Positions 1 to 12,447 are shown, counted from the first letter of the whole stretch. The stretch is 63,364 nucleotides of DNA, filler included, from Phoronis australis (GCA_002633005.1; 12 parts of 12 records of this genome joined end to end with filler, not necessarily neighbours in it), one strand, 5' to 3'. A program made the numbers and translations. The notes: a model not told the origin generated them from the sequence alone.

Positions 1-376
1 CGGAGCGCTGGCAGGCCGGTCTGTCCCTGCTTTGGCGGTCGTGATGCCGCGAAGTAAGTGCCGACCGGCACATATATTTTATGTGGTCTCCCTGTATGGC
101 ATCTGGAGCGCTCCACATACTAAAAGGCCTGATCGGCTGCCCTGCGGCCACGTATTCATTAGGTCTACGGTAGGCGGAGGACCGTCCAACTAGAAGAATG
201 AAGTTCGCGCCCGCTGTCCCGCTGCCAGAAAGTGACGATCCAATAGGTGATCGCAGTTTTAATGAGCAAGTTTTTGCGGGTTTTAGTTGAGAAACGAAAT
301 GTGTCGATTTCACCGTCAAAAACCGACACATTTTAAAATGCGCGTTTTCACTTTACCCTATATCGTGCCATATATC
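1..376 (+). repeat. GC-rich interspersed repeat, copy 1 (runs off window start)
   Basis: Matches 2832-2998 in the same orientation and the reverse complement of 61536-61896. All copies end at ...CTTTACCCTATATCRTGC(C)ATATATC. Confidence 0.9.
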
Positions 377-533
377 AGTTGGATTGTGCAAGAGGTTTAA
401 TATCAGACAATACCTGTACCTCTGTGTCCTGTAAACCTCAGCAATTACCTGTAGCAAAGGAGCGCTCTTGCTGGGTTGAATTTGTTGGATTTTTCTTTTA
501 ACTTTGATCGGAGTATCAAGACTGTGAATCACC

Positions 534-894
534 ATGTCAGGTCATGAAATGAAAGAGATCGTCGTTGTCGATGATACTACTAAGGGGACTGTCATCAAAC
601 TTGGTGGTGATCACGATGACCCTTCAGGACCTGTTATCGCCAGTCATCCTATATCAAAAACTAAAAGTGGGCCACCAACTTTTACCCCACCCCCTCCCCC
701 AAAAGACGCGCCACCCCCTCTAGAGGAAGATGTGAAAGTTAACGGGGATATTCACCCGAAACCTGTGACAGTCGAGGATGTGCATCTGAAAAACAATTAC
801 CCTCCCGCAGTCAATGGGCTGGCTCCGATAGGGTTCGAAGGTCAAGACAACCCATCCTATGTCGGAGAAGAAAATCCTCCGCTCGCTCCCATTG
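534..894 (+). CDS. First coding exon of an unidentified Pro-rich protein
   Basis: CACCATG start, open frame MSGHEMKEIVVVDD...PPLAPI, donor G|GTTGGT at 894/895 (phase 1). Joins in frame to 1215. Confidence 0.7.
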
Positions 895-1214
895 GTTGGT
901 ATAATTGTTGTTGCAATGCATTGGGCACTGTTTTAATGATGGGAGTAACAGTGTTTTCACCAGGTTTTTTTAGCATGGCACCTTTCTACAGGAGTCCGCA
1001 CTCGTATTTTGATGCCTCCCCGCTTAAATATCGACTACCGTGTTCAAACTGTGAGCCGTGCTCATTGTTTGATAGTCACATTAGAATTGTAATGGCAGTA
1101 TTGGCGGAAGTTTCACTGTAGTGCTCACTACCACAAAAGTTTAACAGTTTAAAGGTTCTGTTTGTAGACATGATTAAAAATTGTTAAACTTTTTTGCCTG
1201 TTTTTTCATTGAAG

Positions 1215-1349
1215 GGTTTGAAGGTGTTACTTCTGTGCCCTCCTCAGAACCGCTGTACCCCAGGTTGGATGGGCCTGGATCAAACGCGACCCCTGCGGAA
1301 GTAGACATGACTTCTCTGTCTGACGTCAATCCGACAGCTTCAGAAGCTG
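1215..1349 (+). CDS. Second coding exon of the same protein (GFEGVTSVPSSEPLYPRLD...ASEA)
   Basis: Pyrimidine tract plus GAAG acceptor at 1214 and G|GTAAGT donor at 1349/1350. Splicing recreates a second APIGFEG repeat. Confidence 0.7.
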
Positions 1350-2831
1350 GTAAGTTTGAGGTGGTGTAATGAGTTTTGTTGGTTGTCTATCTTGAGCCAT
1401 TTGGTTGAAACTGTCTCAACAGATGGCAACAGGGCAATTTCTTGTAGTCTATTAAACACTTCCATGGAAGTTTATACACATTTTCCATTAGACTCCAGTG
1501 TTTACTGAAGGAAGATCTGGAATATTAGGCCTAGAGCTGGGTTGCATGAATAATCACTCTTCACTATTTAGATTTTTGCGTGAAATCAATAACCTGCTGG
1601 TAAAGGATTCCACTGGTGAATCTAGAATGCCGTAAGGATGGGAAAGACCCAACCACAATGTCAGAAAGATTAATGTCCAATTAGCCGCTAAAACAGCATC
1701 CAGTCCTTCCCATTGTGTTTTGTCCGTAGGAAAGCTTTTGAAGTTGTGGTATCCGATGTTGTTAATATCCAACAAGGAAATTTGAGCACAGCCACTTTTG
1801 GGGCTTATTCACAATGTAAAATGCACCAGAAGCAAGTGCTGATACACTCTTCTCGTTCTCTGCGTCCGTATTATTGCTGGGCTAAGCACCCAGTTAAAGA
1901 ATGGGACTACGGGCTTGAAAATGTTGAAAAATCCTGCTTTCTGGGGGCAACTTAGTCGTTTTGCATCTCAAGATGTGTTTTTGTGTGAAATTACTTTCGT
2001 AATTTGTTTATAATCACAAGTGTGAGGTACAGATGAAATGAACACTGAGGACCAGCGTTTTACTTTGCATTTTTCCTTCAATGAATTAATTTCCAAAATA
2101 GAAATGAACCTTGGTAATACTACAGCATATTGGATAACGTTTGCAATTTTCACATTTGCTAGACCTGTTTAATAATTATTTTTCTATACACTTATACTTG
2201 AAAACCGTTACTTTGTTCCACCGTGTTTTATTTTTTCTTGAGATACAATTTTTCACCATTTCATAAGCAAAACATCCGGTGGACTCCAAATTTAGAAATG
2301 CAGCGTACGATAGCACTGGAGACTCCATTAATTCTAGTGCTGGGCCCGGTAAGTGAGCTCTGGACAGATGCCTGTTCAACTACAGCTTGGCTTACAGGCT
2401 GAAACATGGTTCAGTGACATCTGAGTTGCATCTGGAAATCCACCCCCCAGATTTGTCAAATGTTTGATTTTCGTATTTTTATTGACCCGGAGGTGTGGAA
2501 AAGCATTGGAAAAGTCTGTTATTTCTGACTAATCCTGTGAAATCAAGAAAAAGTGAAATATTCTGTCGTCACTTGCTTGCAAGCATACCAAAAATTCAGT
2601 TTTTTGAAGATATCAACTTTGCTGTTTGTTTCTTGACTTGTTCTCTCTTAATGCTACTGCTGCTGACCACTGTATTATGATTTCTGACCACTGTATTTTC
2701 ATTACATTTCAACAAAATGTGAAAGTGATTAAAAATTAATCATTTATCTCGCTTGATGTTTGATGATTGTCTCTTATTAGTATTCCAAAGTTCTAATGAG
2801 TTACCGTATCGTAAAACCCAAATCTCTGCAN

Positions 2832-2998
2832 CCGCTGTCCCGCTGCCAGAAAGTGACGATCCAGTAGGTGATCGCTGTCTTAATCAGCAAGTTTTTGCGG
2901 GTTTTAGCTAAGAAACGAAATGTGTCGATTCCACCGTCAAAAACCGACACATTTTAAAATGCGCGTTTTCACTTTACCCTATATCGTGCCATATATCC
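2832..2998 (+). repeat. GC-rich interspersed repeat, copy 2 (starts at a single-N join)
   Basis: Near-identical to about 211-376. Confidence 0.9.
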
Positions 2999-3280
2999 AA
3001 ATGTAAGCCCATACACAACAGGATGTCATCACTACTCTCGGGCAGTCAGGACTCCGGAGCCAGGCTCCAACAATTGCAGTAGATATACCAAGTCTACAGA
3101 TGTGGCCAACATGGGCCAGGCAGAACAGTTCATCCAGAAGGGAGAGGGTTGTTAATTCACGAGTGACTTCTGGATAAGATGTAGAGTCGTATAAAGCCTC
3201 TCTAAATTGCTTGCCAAGCAGCACTTGCTTCATGTCTGAAAGGTTCAAATTGACGTCTGGCTCTCAAGTGGAAAACCCAG

Positions 3281-3398
3281 CACTGGTCGATTATAGCGGT
3301 CCCCGATTTTGAGAACCAGGCAATCACTGAATAACATAACCATTATTCAGTGGATGAAACTTGTTCTCAAAATCAGGGACCGCTTTATCCGACCAGTG
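3281..3398. mobile_element. ~118-bp MITE with CACTGGTCG TIRs (family A)
   Basis: CACTGGTCGATTATAGCGGTCCCCGATTTTGAGAAC ... GTTCTCAAAATCAGGGACCGCTTTATCCGACCAGTG. Relatives at 39505, 41133 and 41455. Confidence 0.8.
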
Positions 3399-3890
3399 AG
3401 TGGCGAAAACCCCGGCTCAAGTGTCGGAATCAGCAGATTTTTCCACAACGTGAAAGACCACCAACCCCTGCCCATAGCCCTAGCCTAAGTGTGCTGAGAA
3501 TGCTACACAAAGAATTATAAAGAAAAACAACACAGAACAACGGTCAGATAATTATAATGACATCGCAGCGCTGATGACGACAACGACGAATGACGGATCA
3601 TCTCGTGATATTCAATCGAACACACTTGAACGAGTCCTTAGAAATGTACGTTACCTTAACAGCGAAACTTTTGAGGCACCTGCTCAGTTACGAGGTAAAT
3701 AACATTCTTAAAAGTAATACCTGCAGATTTTTTGTGTTGTTCCGTTTGTGGCTGCCCCCTTTAAGTCGTAGTTTACAAGTCCTGTTGCCTTGAGGGGATT
3801 CCTGTGAAACCAGTGCGCCATGTTTTCTTCCTGGTTGATGACGTCATTCATCAAGGGACACAACTACCCAACAAGGACTGAAAATATTGG

Positions 3891-4023
3891 GTAAATCGGG
3901 GAAAGCCTATCGGAATACTCCGAGTATTCCGATAGGCTTTCCCCGATTTACAACTAAATTTGACCAATGCGTCTGCATAGAAAGAGTCTTTCTATGCAGA
4001 CGCATTGGTCAAATTTAGTTGTA
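3891..4023. repeat. Two abutting perfect palindromes
   Basis: Arms 3891-3920/3922-3951 (30 bp) and 3949-3985/3987-4023 (37 bp). Each has a 1-nt centre and no mismatches. Confidence 0.95.
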
Positions 4024-4318
4024 GCGACACAACAAATAAAGTGAATGACTGCCCGATCAAACAAAGACGTTAATACCTCTCTACGGTTTCTGGTTCAAAT
4101 AAAAAACGATGATAACTCAGGTCAGTCACGACTTTCGTGAAAAGCTACTACTGAATTGATTTGGTGTTTCCGGCCGTCACCAAGGAGTCATGGTGTCAGT
4201 ACGATACTCCTCAGAGTAATTGCTTTTTATGCTGTGTGACACTGCATGCATCTAGAATAATAGTCCCTCAAGTTCGACAGCTTAACTTGTCTGCAGTATG
4301 TCCGTATTCCCCCCAAAA

Positions 4319-4500
4319 ATCCATAGGATTTCCTATTGGATTCCTGTAGGAAACTCACAATTCCTATGAGGATTCCCTATTGGATCCTATAGAATTTCTT
4401 ATAGGATCCTATAGGATTTTATAGCCTATAGGATTCCTATAGAAAATCCTATGGGACCCTATTGGATCCTACAGGATTTCCTATAAGAAATCCTATAAAG
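4319..4500. repeat. ATAGGA/TCCTAT quasi-palindromic short-repeat array, probably transposon subterminal repeats
   Basis: Repeated CCTATAGGA(T) variants on both strands. Confidence 0.7.
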
Positions 4501-6833
4501 TAATATTGAAAGCCTTTGCTATCATGATTTATATTTAAGTTCAGATAGTGAACTGTAATACTCCACTGAAAGATGCAAGGTCAGAGACATGCATATTATG
4601 ATGTGGCAAACTTATACTCTGGACTCTCACGCACACAAACTAAAAGAGGCTCTTGGATTTTTTTTGCACTCGTTTACACACCAGACCTGTGTTTATCTGC
4701 AGCTCATGCATTTCGTTTTGTTCAAAACTCACGTATAGCTGCATGTAGAACTCAGCACCGACTGTGAAGAATGGAGGTCAGGCAATCTCAATGCCCAGTC
4801 TGAAGATCGACGAAAACATGTAGTAATTGATTCACCATCTGTTTCTAAGAAGAAGCCAACACATGAGGAGCAAAGAGATTGTTAAAGTTTGAGTCCGAGT
4901 TAGTTGACCATGGTATTCAGTATCTGAGGATTATCAACAATCCAACTGCAACCCGGATTCCTCTCAAACATGTCTAAAGATTCAATTGAGCAAACTGATC
5001 GGAAACTTTAAAATCACTGAGTACATCTTTGGATGATCTTTGGAAGACTTCAGACAAAAGTGCACTTAGACTTCCCATGCATGAGGGACATGGGTGACAA
5101 GCCGGAAGTGGAACTAAGAATGACTTCACTGTAGTCATAACTTGAATGCATGGGATATATGTAGATGTTTGCCAAACCTCTGTGCTGTACAGAGGCTATT
5201 GACTGCTGCGTGCATTCGTCATCATGCTGGCAGTGGTGTAAGTTTGAATATTTTTCATTGCAAGCCGAGATGGATCACATTTATAGCTTATAATTGTTTT
5301 TAACATATAATTTTAAGAAAAGGTGACAAAGTTGATGATAGTAATTAGATCAGTGATATTTACGTTAAAAATTCTCCAGATTGAGACAGCCTCAGTCCTA
5401 AGTTCAAAACACAGAAATCATTGCTGAAATTTAATTTTTTCATCTTGAAATTTGAGACATGAGTGATATTTATATGTTCGTACTTTTCAAATTACTAAAG
5501 CTGTGTTGTAGCATAACAGGTTGCAAGTATATAACTCTTCTAAGTTCACAGAAAGTGACTCTCATGACAAACTTTTATTAAAAAATTGTTACCAGTGCCC
5601 TTGAATTTCTGACAGACAATTGGTGTATGAATTTCTTAAAATTAGTGATACAAGCTCCAACTTTGATCAAAATAATTATTCATTGCACCAAACTAGAGAA
5701 TTTTAGCGTAATTAATTTTTGAAATTCAGTGTGTAGTTTACTGTAAACCTGGTGGATGACTGTTCTTGTTTATAAGAGGATCTGGTTTAAGAAAAGAGGT
5801 TGTAAAAGTGATGACAATTTATTGTTTAGGTTTTGATCTTATGAGATGTGTGGTAGTTTACACTAGCTTCACTTTATATCGGTAAAAATGTCAGTGACGA
5901 AAGGTGGAAATCATAAGTGACAACAGATATCAATAGTCCATTTCAGTTAATGACCCTGAAGCAGATGATAATAGTGGCAGAACCCGTGTGGTTAAAGTCA
6001 TGACATAATGTTTTAGATTTAAAAATCCTGAGGGATTCTCCTATATGTAAGCTTCCGGTGTGTTTCTCACGGAAGTGATGTGTGTGTGTGTGTTGTCAAA
6101 ATCAGTTGCATACTGAGTTAGCCACTGAATGATCTCAGTGCTTAATATGCTTAAATGGGTTTTGATCAAAGAATAATATTTTAATTTGTTAGATGATACA
6201 TTCCAAGGGAAATTGTGCCATGTGACAAAATGTTATTGTTTACAAGTGTTTTGGAAAAATAAATTGTGTAACGAGGTCATGAAATGTTACAATTGTGTCT
6301 TTAGCATCTAATGTCAATGTAAAATACAAGATTTCTTTTATATCATTATTTAAAATGTTTTGGATTTCCTACATATAGTTAGGTTGAGAATGCATGCCTA
6401 CATGGTGTTCTTTGCACATTTGTTACTTTGATAACACTATCACTGATGGTGTTACTCTGTCAAAAATAAAAAATTAAAGGGCAATTTTGACAGTAAAATC
6501 ATCCATGAAAATCTTATTTTAATGATGTGAATTTCCGACTCAGTCCCATTTTTTTGTACTTCAGGGTGACCTTGAAGGGCTGCAGGGTTCACTGTTAATT
6601 CCAGGTTGTCGTGTCTCTTGGGGGGCATTTTTAATTTTTCATTTAGTGCATGTGCATTGAATAAATGTATATTTTCGATTATTTTTTGGCAGCTTTCCCA
6701 GATTTCCGTAAAACTCCCAGGCTCAGATTTGAAAATTCTGGGTATTAGAAAAGGCATAAAAAGTTGGTGCTGTGAAAGCTGTTGTGATACGAATAGATGT
6801 TATTGAAAGTATTTTCGTCTGCATTAAACTCAC

Positions 6834-7059
6834 CATTCTAACACAATGTACGTGTCCTGGCGTCGATTACCACAACTGGTACGTTGGAAGCTAATTCCTT
6901 GTTTTGCCGCAAGCGTTTCACACCGTCACTTGTTGATGTCAGAGCCTCAGGGTGAGCATACACTACTTGATAATTTCCTTTAATTATATCACTAATTGGA
7001 ACAGTACTACAAAATGTCACCACTATTTTCTTCATCATCAGTATCATCATCACTAATAT
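6834..7059 (-). pseudogene. Degenerate exon of a RecQ-like SF2 helicase (Academ-type)
   Basis: IIKGNYQVVYAHPEAL...VVVID followed by a frameshifted IVLEW and a GTGAGT donor. This resembles RecQ motif Ib/II (VIDEAHxxxxWG). Acceptor CCAG at 7060-7063. Confidence 0.65.
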
Positions 7060-7736
7060 CTGGCAAAAATGTTGCTTTTCTGGTATAAGTTAGTGCACAG
7101 CAAAGATCTACTAAAGTTTGGTGGGCCAAGAAGCAAACAAATTGCAGTTCAGTGTGGGAACGTCAATAGCGTAATTAGGTTGATCTGTCAACTACGTGCT
7201 TCTTCTGCTAATTTTATTTCATTTTAATCGCACACTGAACATTTTATGTTCACTTAGTGATAACTTTAGTGATAACTAAGCCGTTTCAATGATGTTTTTT
7301 TGTTTTAAAATTGCTTCAGTTAAAACTACAGGTACTCCAATATCGTCCGCATATGTCGCGATTCTACTCGGGGATTCCATCGATAGGGCATTCTCCGAAT
7401 TAATATGCGTGACAAGGGAGTCAAGTCTTTATTTTGTTACATAAACGAGTCAACAAATTCGGATTTTCCCTACTACAAGGATTATAATTTCCCTTTTTAA
7501 GAACGTAGTCCTCGCTTTACTCATTCAAATTACAACAATGACGGATCGTTTTTCTGCGGTTTATTTGGCGCGGATACGAACCGATATGATCTCGCGTGAT
7601 CCAGCCGCATCACCCGTTTTTCGCGGTATTTTGTAAAATGTGAAGTGCCATATGTGAAATACCAGTCGCCCACCGACAAGAGCGACGTCTTTCGTGAAAA
7701 TGACCGAGGCTCATGTTGCCAATGACCATCTATGAG

Positions 7737-7900
7737 CAGTGGCGGATCTACGTTTTCAGTAAGGGGGGGGGGTTAGGATTCCCGCAAAGGTCGAATCCGA
7801 GGCGCGTGGCACCGAGCGGGGGGGAGGTCGCGAGGGCTACACCCCCTTCCCATGTAAGACAAATTTGTTTTTGTAGCCAAATAGTGAAATTTCCATGCAT
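7737..7900 (+). mobile_element. Left end of a CAGTGGCGGATC-type MITE (right boundary uncertain)
   Basis: CAGTGGCGGATCTA followed by a G-run, as in family C. Confidence 0.5.
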
Positions 7901-8217
7901 CCTGGTACACTTAACATGTCCCTGGAGTTTTTCTTAAGATAATTAAAAACCCTTCTCGATTTCGTCACATGAACTTGGCTCATAAGTTTTGTGAAACCAT
8001 ATTTGTGCACATCTGGGTATGAGTCACACCACCAGCAAAAAATTTTGTTGGAATATCTGCGTACACACACCTTTTAGCGGCATACGAAAAAGTGTGGTGT
8101 GTACAGGGGTTTAGACAGCTACCAAATATTCAAGAGCATAAGGAGCACCGACGGGGCGTAAAAACTTGATATCGGATGACCGCAACAGCCTCAAGCTGTT
8201 AAAGAACGAAGACCTGG

Positions 8218-8367
8218 CGTGCGTTCAGTAGACGCTAGGACCTACGCTAGGACCTAGCTAAAACCTAGTCAAAGTCACGTGTTCTCATTTAAAATGCACG
8301 GCAATATCTCACGTAATCTCACGAAGTCTCGCTTTTTAGCGAGGTCCTAGCGTTACTGAACGGGAGG
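8218..8367. mobile_element. ~150-bp MITE (family B)
   Basis: TIR core GTTCAGTA(GA)CGCTAGGACCT / AGGTCCTAGCG(T)TACTGAAC. Flanks CTGG/CTGT. Confidence 0.85.
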
Positions 8368-8619
8368 CTGTACTGTTAGTCCGGAAATAAACATGTGTTC
8401 TGTCTCGTTATAAGAAAAACTGGCGAACGATGGTGCTCTCAGCTCATAGCCTTTTATTAAAAGCGACAATAAACAATTAAGTATTAGTTTATTAAGCTGA
8501 ATCATGTTGACAACAATTGAAAAACGTCAAATGTATCAGGTAACAAATCCCCTGAAAACAGTTTCACGAAACCAAAGCACTCTGTAGGCCAACACCGTGG
8601 TGAAAAGATATACAGGAGC

Positions 8620-8893
8620 AGTTCGCAGAGGGACCAGATGTACACTGAGAGTACACAAAAACTTTGGCCTGGTCCGTCACGAGACCAAAAGTACACCTGT
8701 GCTTTTTATCTCTATAAATGTAGTCGATCTGTCGCGGGACCAAACAGCACTGGCAGAGATAAATAGATTTTCAAAGCACACTTTGTTAAAAAACATCACA
8801 AGACTAGTTCGCCGAGGGACCAGAAGTACACTGAAACTCGATAGCTACACAAATCAAGCTGGCCTGGTCCGTCGCGAGACCTAAAGCGTACTC
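8620..8893 (+). repeat. Imperfect ~185-bp-spaced direct duplication
   Basis: AGTTCGC(A/C)GAGGGACCAGA...TGGCCTGGTCCGTC(A/G)CGAGACC at about 8620 and 8806. Confidence 0.7.
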
Positions 8894-9274
8894 CGCAAAA
8901 GACTTTGAATTGAAAACTTCTCTCTAGACTCCTTTTAATCCCAGTGGTTGCTCATACGTGTAGTTTACTTATCTGGTGGTCAACTGCTGCGAGAGGTTGT
9001 CTATGAAGGGTTTTTGCACCGTTCTGTAGTATTAACTGGAAGAAACAAGTATTGAGAACAGATTTAAATACGCACTACGTGAAATAAGATTTTAGATATG
9101 AAGCAGATAGACTCAAGTGGAAATACAAACCAGAATCAGTTTCTGTGCGCTCGTAGACCCTCTGCTGTACTGGGTAAATTTGGCATGTCCAAAAATAATT
9201 TCTATTTCGTTTTCATTGTACACAAGCATAAAAAACCGACATTATTACAAACTGTGTATAATTATAACTTATTA

Positions 9275-9530
9275 CCTGGGTGTTTCTCCAGGAATGTTGG
9301 TCCTATCTTTCTGTTGTGTAGACTGCCGAGGAATCTGTACATCGGATCCAATGGTTTGCTGCTCTTGGAACCATTCCACGTTTGTTCCCAACGCTTGCAC
9401 TTCGTCAACTGCTGTGTCAATGAACTTGACGTATGCCTTCACAATGTCAGCATCTCGTTTCACAACTCAGTTGGCACTAAGCCCCCTGAGGTTACCAAGT
9501 CCATTCAAAAGACTTACAGCTTGCGCAACT
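9275..9530 (-). pseudogene. hAT transposase fragment (PRKRIR/ZMYM1-like)
   Basis: KRDADIVKAY...IPRQSTQQKDRTNIPGETP resembles the LQ..DIVxA and PR...R.N.P..TP blocks of these transposases. Frameshifted upstream. Confidence 0.6.
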
Positions 9531-9764
9531 AAATTTGATCCGTTCATCATGGACTACTTCAAACCTTGACGATGTATCCCAGAACCCATTTACAACTCTT
9601 GCAATTTTCGAATTAACGTCCCAATGTCTGAATGCTTGAAACCCGAAGTACTAACATCAAATAAATGCCCATGGTCATGGGCGTTTCGTCGGGTGGGCCT
9701 TTCTGCGGAAATTCCCAGTATAGAAATTGGCAGTGGTGCTTATTGCAGGTAGAAAGACGGTAGG

Positions 9765-9864
9765 NNNNNNNNNNNNNNNNNNNNNNNNNNNNNNNNNNNN
9801 NNNNNNNNTTAATTAATTAANNNNNNNNNNNNNNNNNNNNNNNNNNNNNNNNNNNNNNNNNNNN
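9765..9864. other. Artificial scaffold linker (1 of 11)
   Basis: 44N-TTAATTAATTAA-44N. Identical spacers start at 14316, 18047, 29078, 32990, 39120, 43510, 47431, 55213, 58038 and 60538. Confidence 0.97.
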
Positions 9865-10973
9865 GATTTTTTGGTTTGATAAAATGACATCTTTTGGGAG
9901 ATGGTGACGACCTTGATGATGCAAAATGATCTCAAAATAATAGTAATAAAATGCTCAAAAATACCACTTCTGAGAATTTGTTGTGAACTGTGAGAAAACT
10001 TGCAAAAAAGAACAGTGACTTAAATAAATGACAAAAACAGAAACTGGCCAATAGGTGACACTCTATTTCATTCCACTCAAAGTTGATGCATATGATATGT
10101 AAATAAATCATAGAATAATGGACATTGTTTTTTGCACCGGTAACCCAGTTTAGTTTACTCAAGGAAGAATGTCATTTTTAACGACATTAATTTTACGTCA
10201 TTTTTTGTTTCTCTCACTTTTTATCCATATCAATCCAAAGCGAAGCTCTATACAATTTTACTCCAAGCCTAGTTGTACTTCTCAGTTCTCTCTCCTGCTC
10301 GCTCTTTTAACTTTTAAGTCACAATGACAATGCACTTGGTTTTCGTGTAGCCAACCCCACCAGACAAAAAAACTTGGCCTCCACTTTTTCAAGTTACTAT
10401 TTCGGTAATAGTGATCTACTTGGCTTTTACTGCTCCAATGCACTCTTTCTGCACCTACACTCTTATTTTGATAAGAAATAGGATGGAGTTTGTTGGTTAT
10501 CATTTATTAGAAAGTCGAGAGAAGTCACAAAATTCAGAAGCACTTTCAATTTCATCTATGAATTTAGTCACCGCAGAGGTTCGCTACTGCCTCTTTTTCA
10601 GAAAGTACTGTAGCTAAACAATTTCATGGGGTTTCAAAGTTTGTTTCATTCAGTTTACTCACCGGTTACTGCACAAAATTGGTCTAAAATATCCCTGTTT
10701 CCCGAAGCCATCGGATCGAGAACACAGAAAACGCTACACAGGAAATGAATGCTGAAAAAGCAAACAAGTTTCCGGCAATGAATGATATCGTTGATACCAG
10801 TAATTATGACATTGTACTATAGGTGGAGCTAAAGCTTAACTTTACTAGGGATCTCCCACTGGGTAGGTTCATTCTTTAGGTGCGGAACCTGACTAATGAA
10901 CAAATGCGTGTCTGACTCATTGTACCCACTCCCTATCCCGACTGGGTGCCCTGGAGCGACAGCCGGTCTTCAC

Positions 10974-11478
10974 CAGGGGCGGATCCAGGATTTTGAGTTA
11001 GGGAGCCGGGACCAGGGGACAGAACCAGAATTTCGGCAGATGCGCGCGACCCAGCCTAAAATGTAGGGATGCAGGGGTCTCGAATTTTTAGGTATGCGGA
11101 CCTTTTGACTGAAAAAAAAGATAATAATAAAAAACGGTAAACGGGGTTTGTTCAGGGCCTATGCATTTTTTATTCACCCCCGAGCCCCCCTGGTTGCGCG
11201 CATGCGCNNNNNNNNNNNNNNNNNNNNNNNNNNNNNNNNNNNNNNNNNNNNNNNNNNNNNNNNNNNNNNNNNNNNNNNNNNNNNNNNNNNNNNNNNNNNN
11301 NNNNNNNNNNNNNNNNNNNNNNNNNNNNNNNNNNNNNNNNNNNNNNAAAAAAAAAAACGGGGTACCACCTTCACTGTGCGTCTGTGCCTTTTCAGTGCAC
11401 TTTTGTGTCGTTTTCTCCAACTTTTCGTTTCTTTGAGGAGGACCTTTTTGCCCACTTCGCCAAAGGGGTGCGCGCATG
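10974..11478. mobile_element. Nested MITE cluster around an assembly gap
   Basis: Family C left end CAGGGGCGGATCCAGGATTTTGAGTTAGGG, plus ATGCGCGC-type ends at about 11040, 11204 and 11478 that are related to 60640-60770. Confidence 0.6.
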
Positions 11479-12295
11479 ATAAACTTATTCGACAAACCTC
11501 ATTAGTTAGCGAAACATTGCACATGCAGTCTAAGTCTGGCGCGCACCAGTAAATCAGTCTCACGACCTTTGTAGCCAGAGCCGGCAACGCCCTACATTCA
11601 CACGCGCTATTTTTCAATTTGTGAGTCGGATAACTCTGGAACTCTGAAACGTTTTCTTAAGTCATTAAGGAATGTCAGTTATGAGACCAATTTTATGCCC
11701 CTTAGTGGCTAATATTTCATTTTACTGAGGGAATGCAGTTTTAACTGCCAACAATGAAAGGAATGAAGATTATTCAGTATATGTTGAGACGATTCAATTT
11801 AAGATTACGCAAAAAATAGCATCATAGGAAGAGTAAAATTAATTTGAATTGAAAAAGTATAGTTGATGGCTACACACATAATGCAGTTTACAAGACTGCT
11901 CCCCATGAATTTTTGAGAATGTGGACACTTCATTCAGCACAAATTATCCTTTTCTGAAAAACGCATTAGAGCATTGTCGGAAGACAATTGTAAGACGTCC
12001 TATGATTGTAAAGCACAGAGGCACAGTGCGCAAATTATAACGGCAGAGCTCCTGAATTAGGAAGGTAGTCGGTACATATTCACACCTGAAATTTACCCAG
12101 GAAATTTAGATTATATGTCTATGTATTGTATATAAGCAGTAAGACATTACCAGATGTACAACTACTTTCGCTGCGCGTGATTCCAGATCGTTCAAGCATT
12201 AACGACGTTTGGTTACCCTAAGATGACACATTAGTGGCATTGGCGCGCTATAAATATGGTACCATGTTTTACCCCTGCTCTTCCTAGACAAAATC

Positions 12296-12447
12296 CAGGG
12301 GCAGATCCAGGATTTTGAGTTAGGGGGGCCAGGGCAGAGTATTAGCCAGGATTTTGCCCGTCAGACATTCGCACCCCCGAACTGCCAAATGGAATCTGGG
12401 AGAATTTTAGGGGAGGGGGGCATCGCCCAACTCTAAATCCGCCACTG
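12296..12447. mobile_element. 152-bp MITE family C with 5-bp TSD (hAT5-like)
   Basis: CAGGGGCAGATCCAG ... CTAAATCCGCCACTG, with AAATC at 12291-12295 and 12448-12452. Confidence 0.85.

Noticed and set aside
895-1121. C-terminal part of the 195-aa ORF
   Set aside because: It reads through a splice donor into intron. The spliced form is better supported.
2979-3248. 89-aa minus-strand ORF with faint resemblance to Helitron-associated domains
   Set aside because: No diagnostic motif; the similarity is too weak to call.
9809-9820. Regularly recurring TTAATTAATTAA as a biological repeat or CRISPR-like array
   Set aside because: It is always centred in exactly 88 Ns, so it is a synthetic linker.
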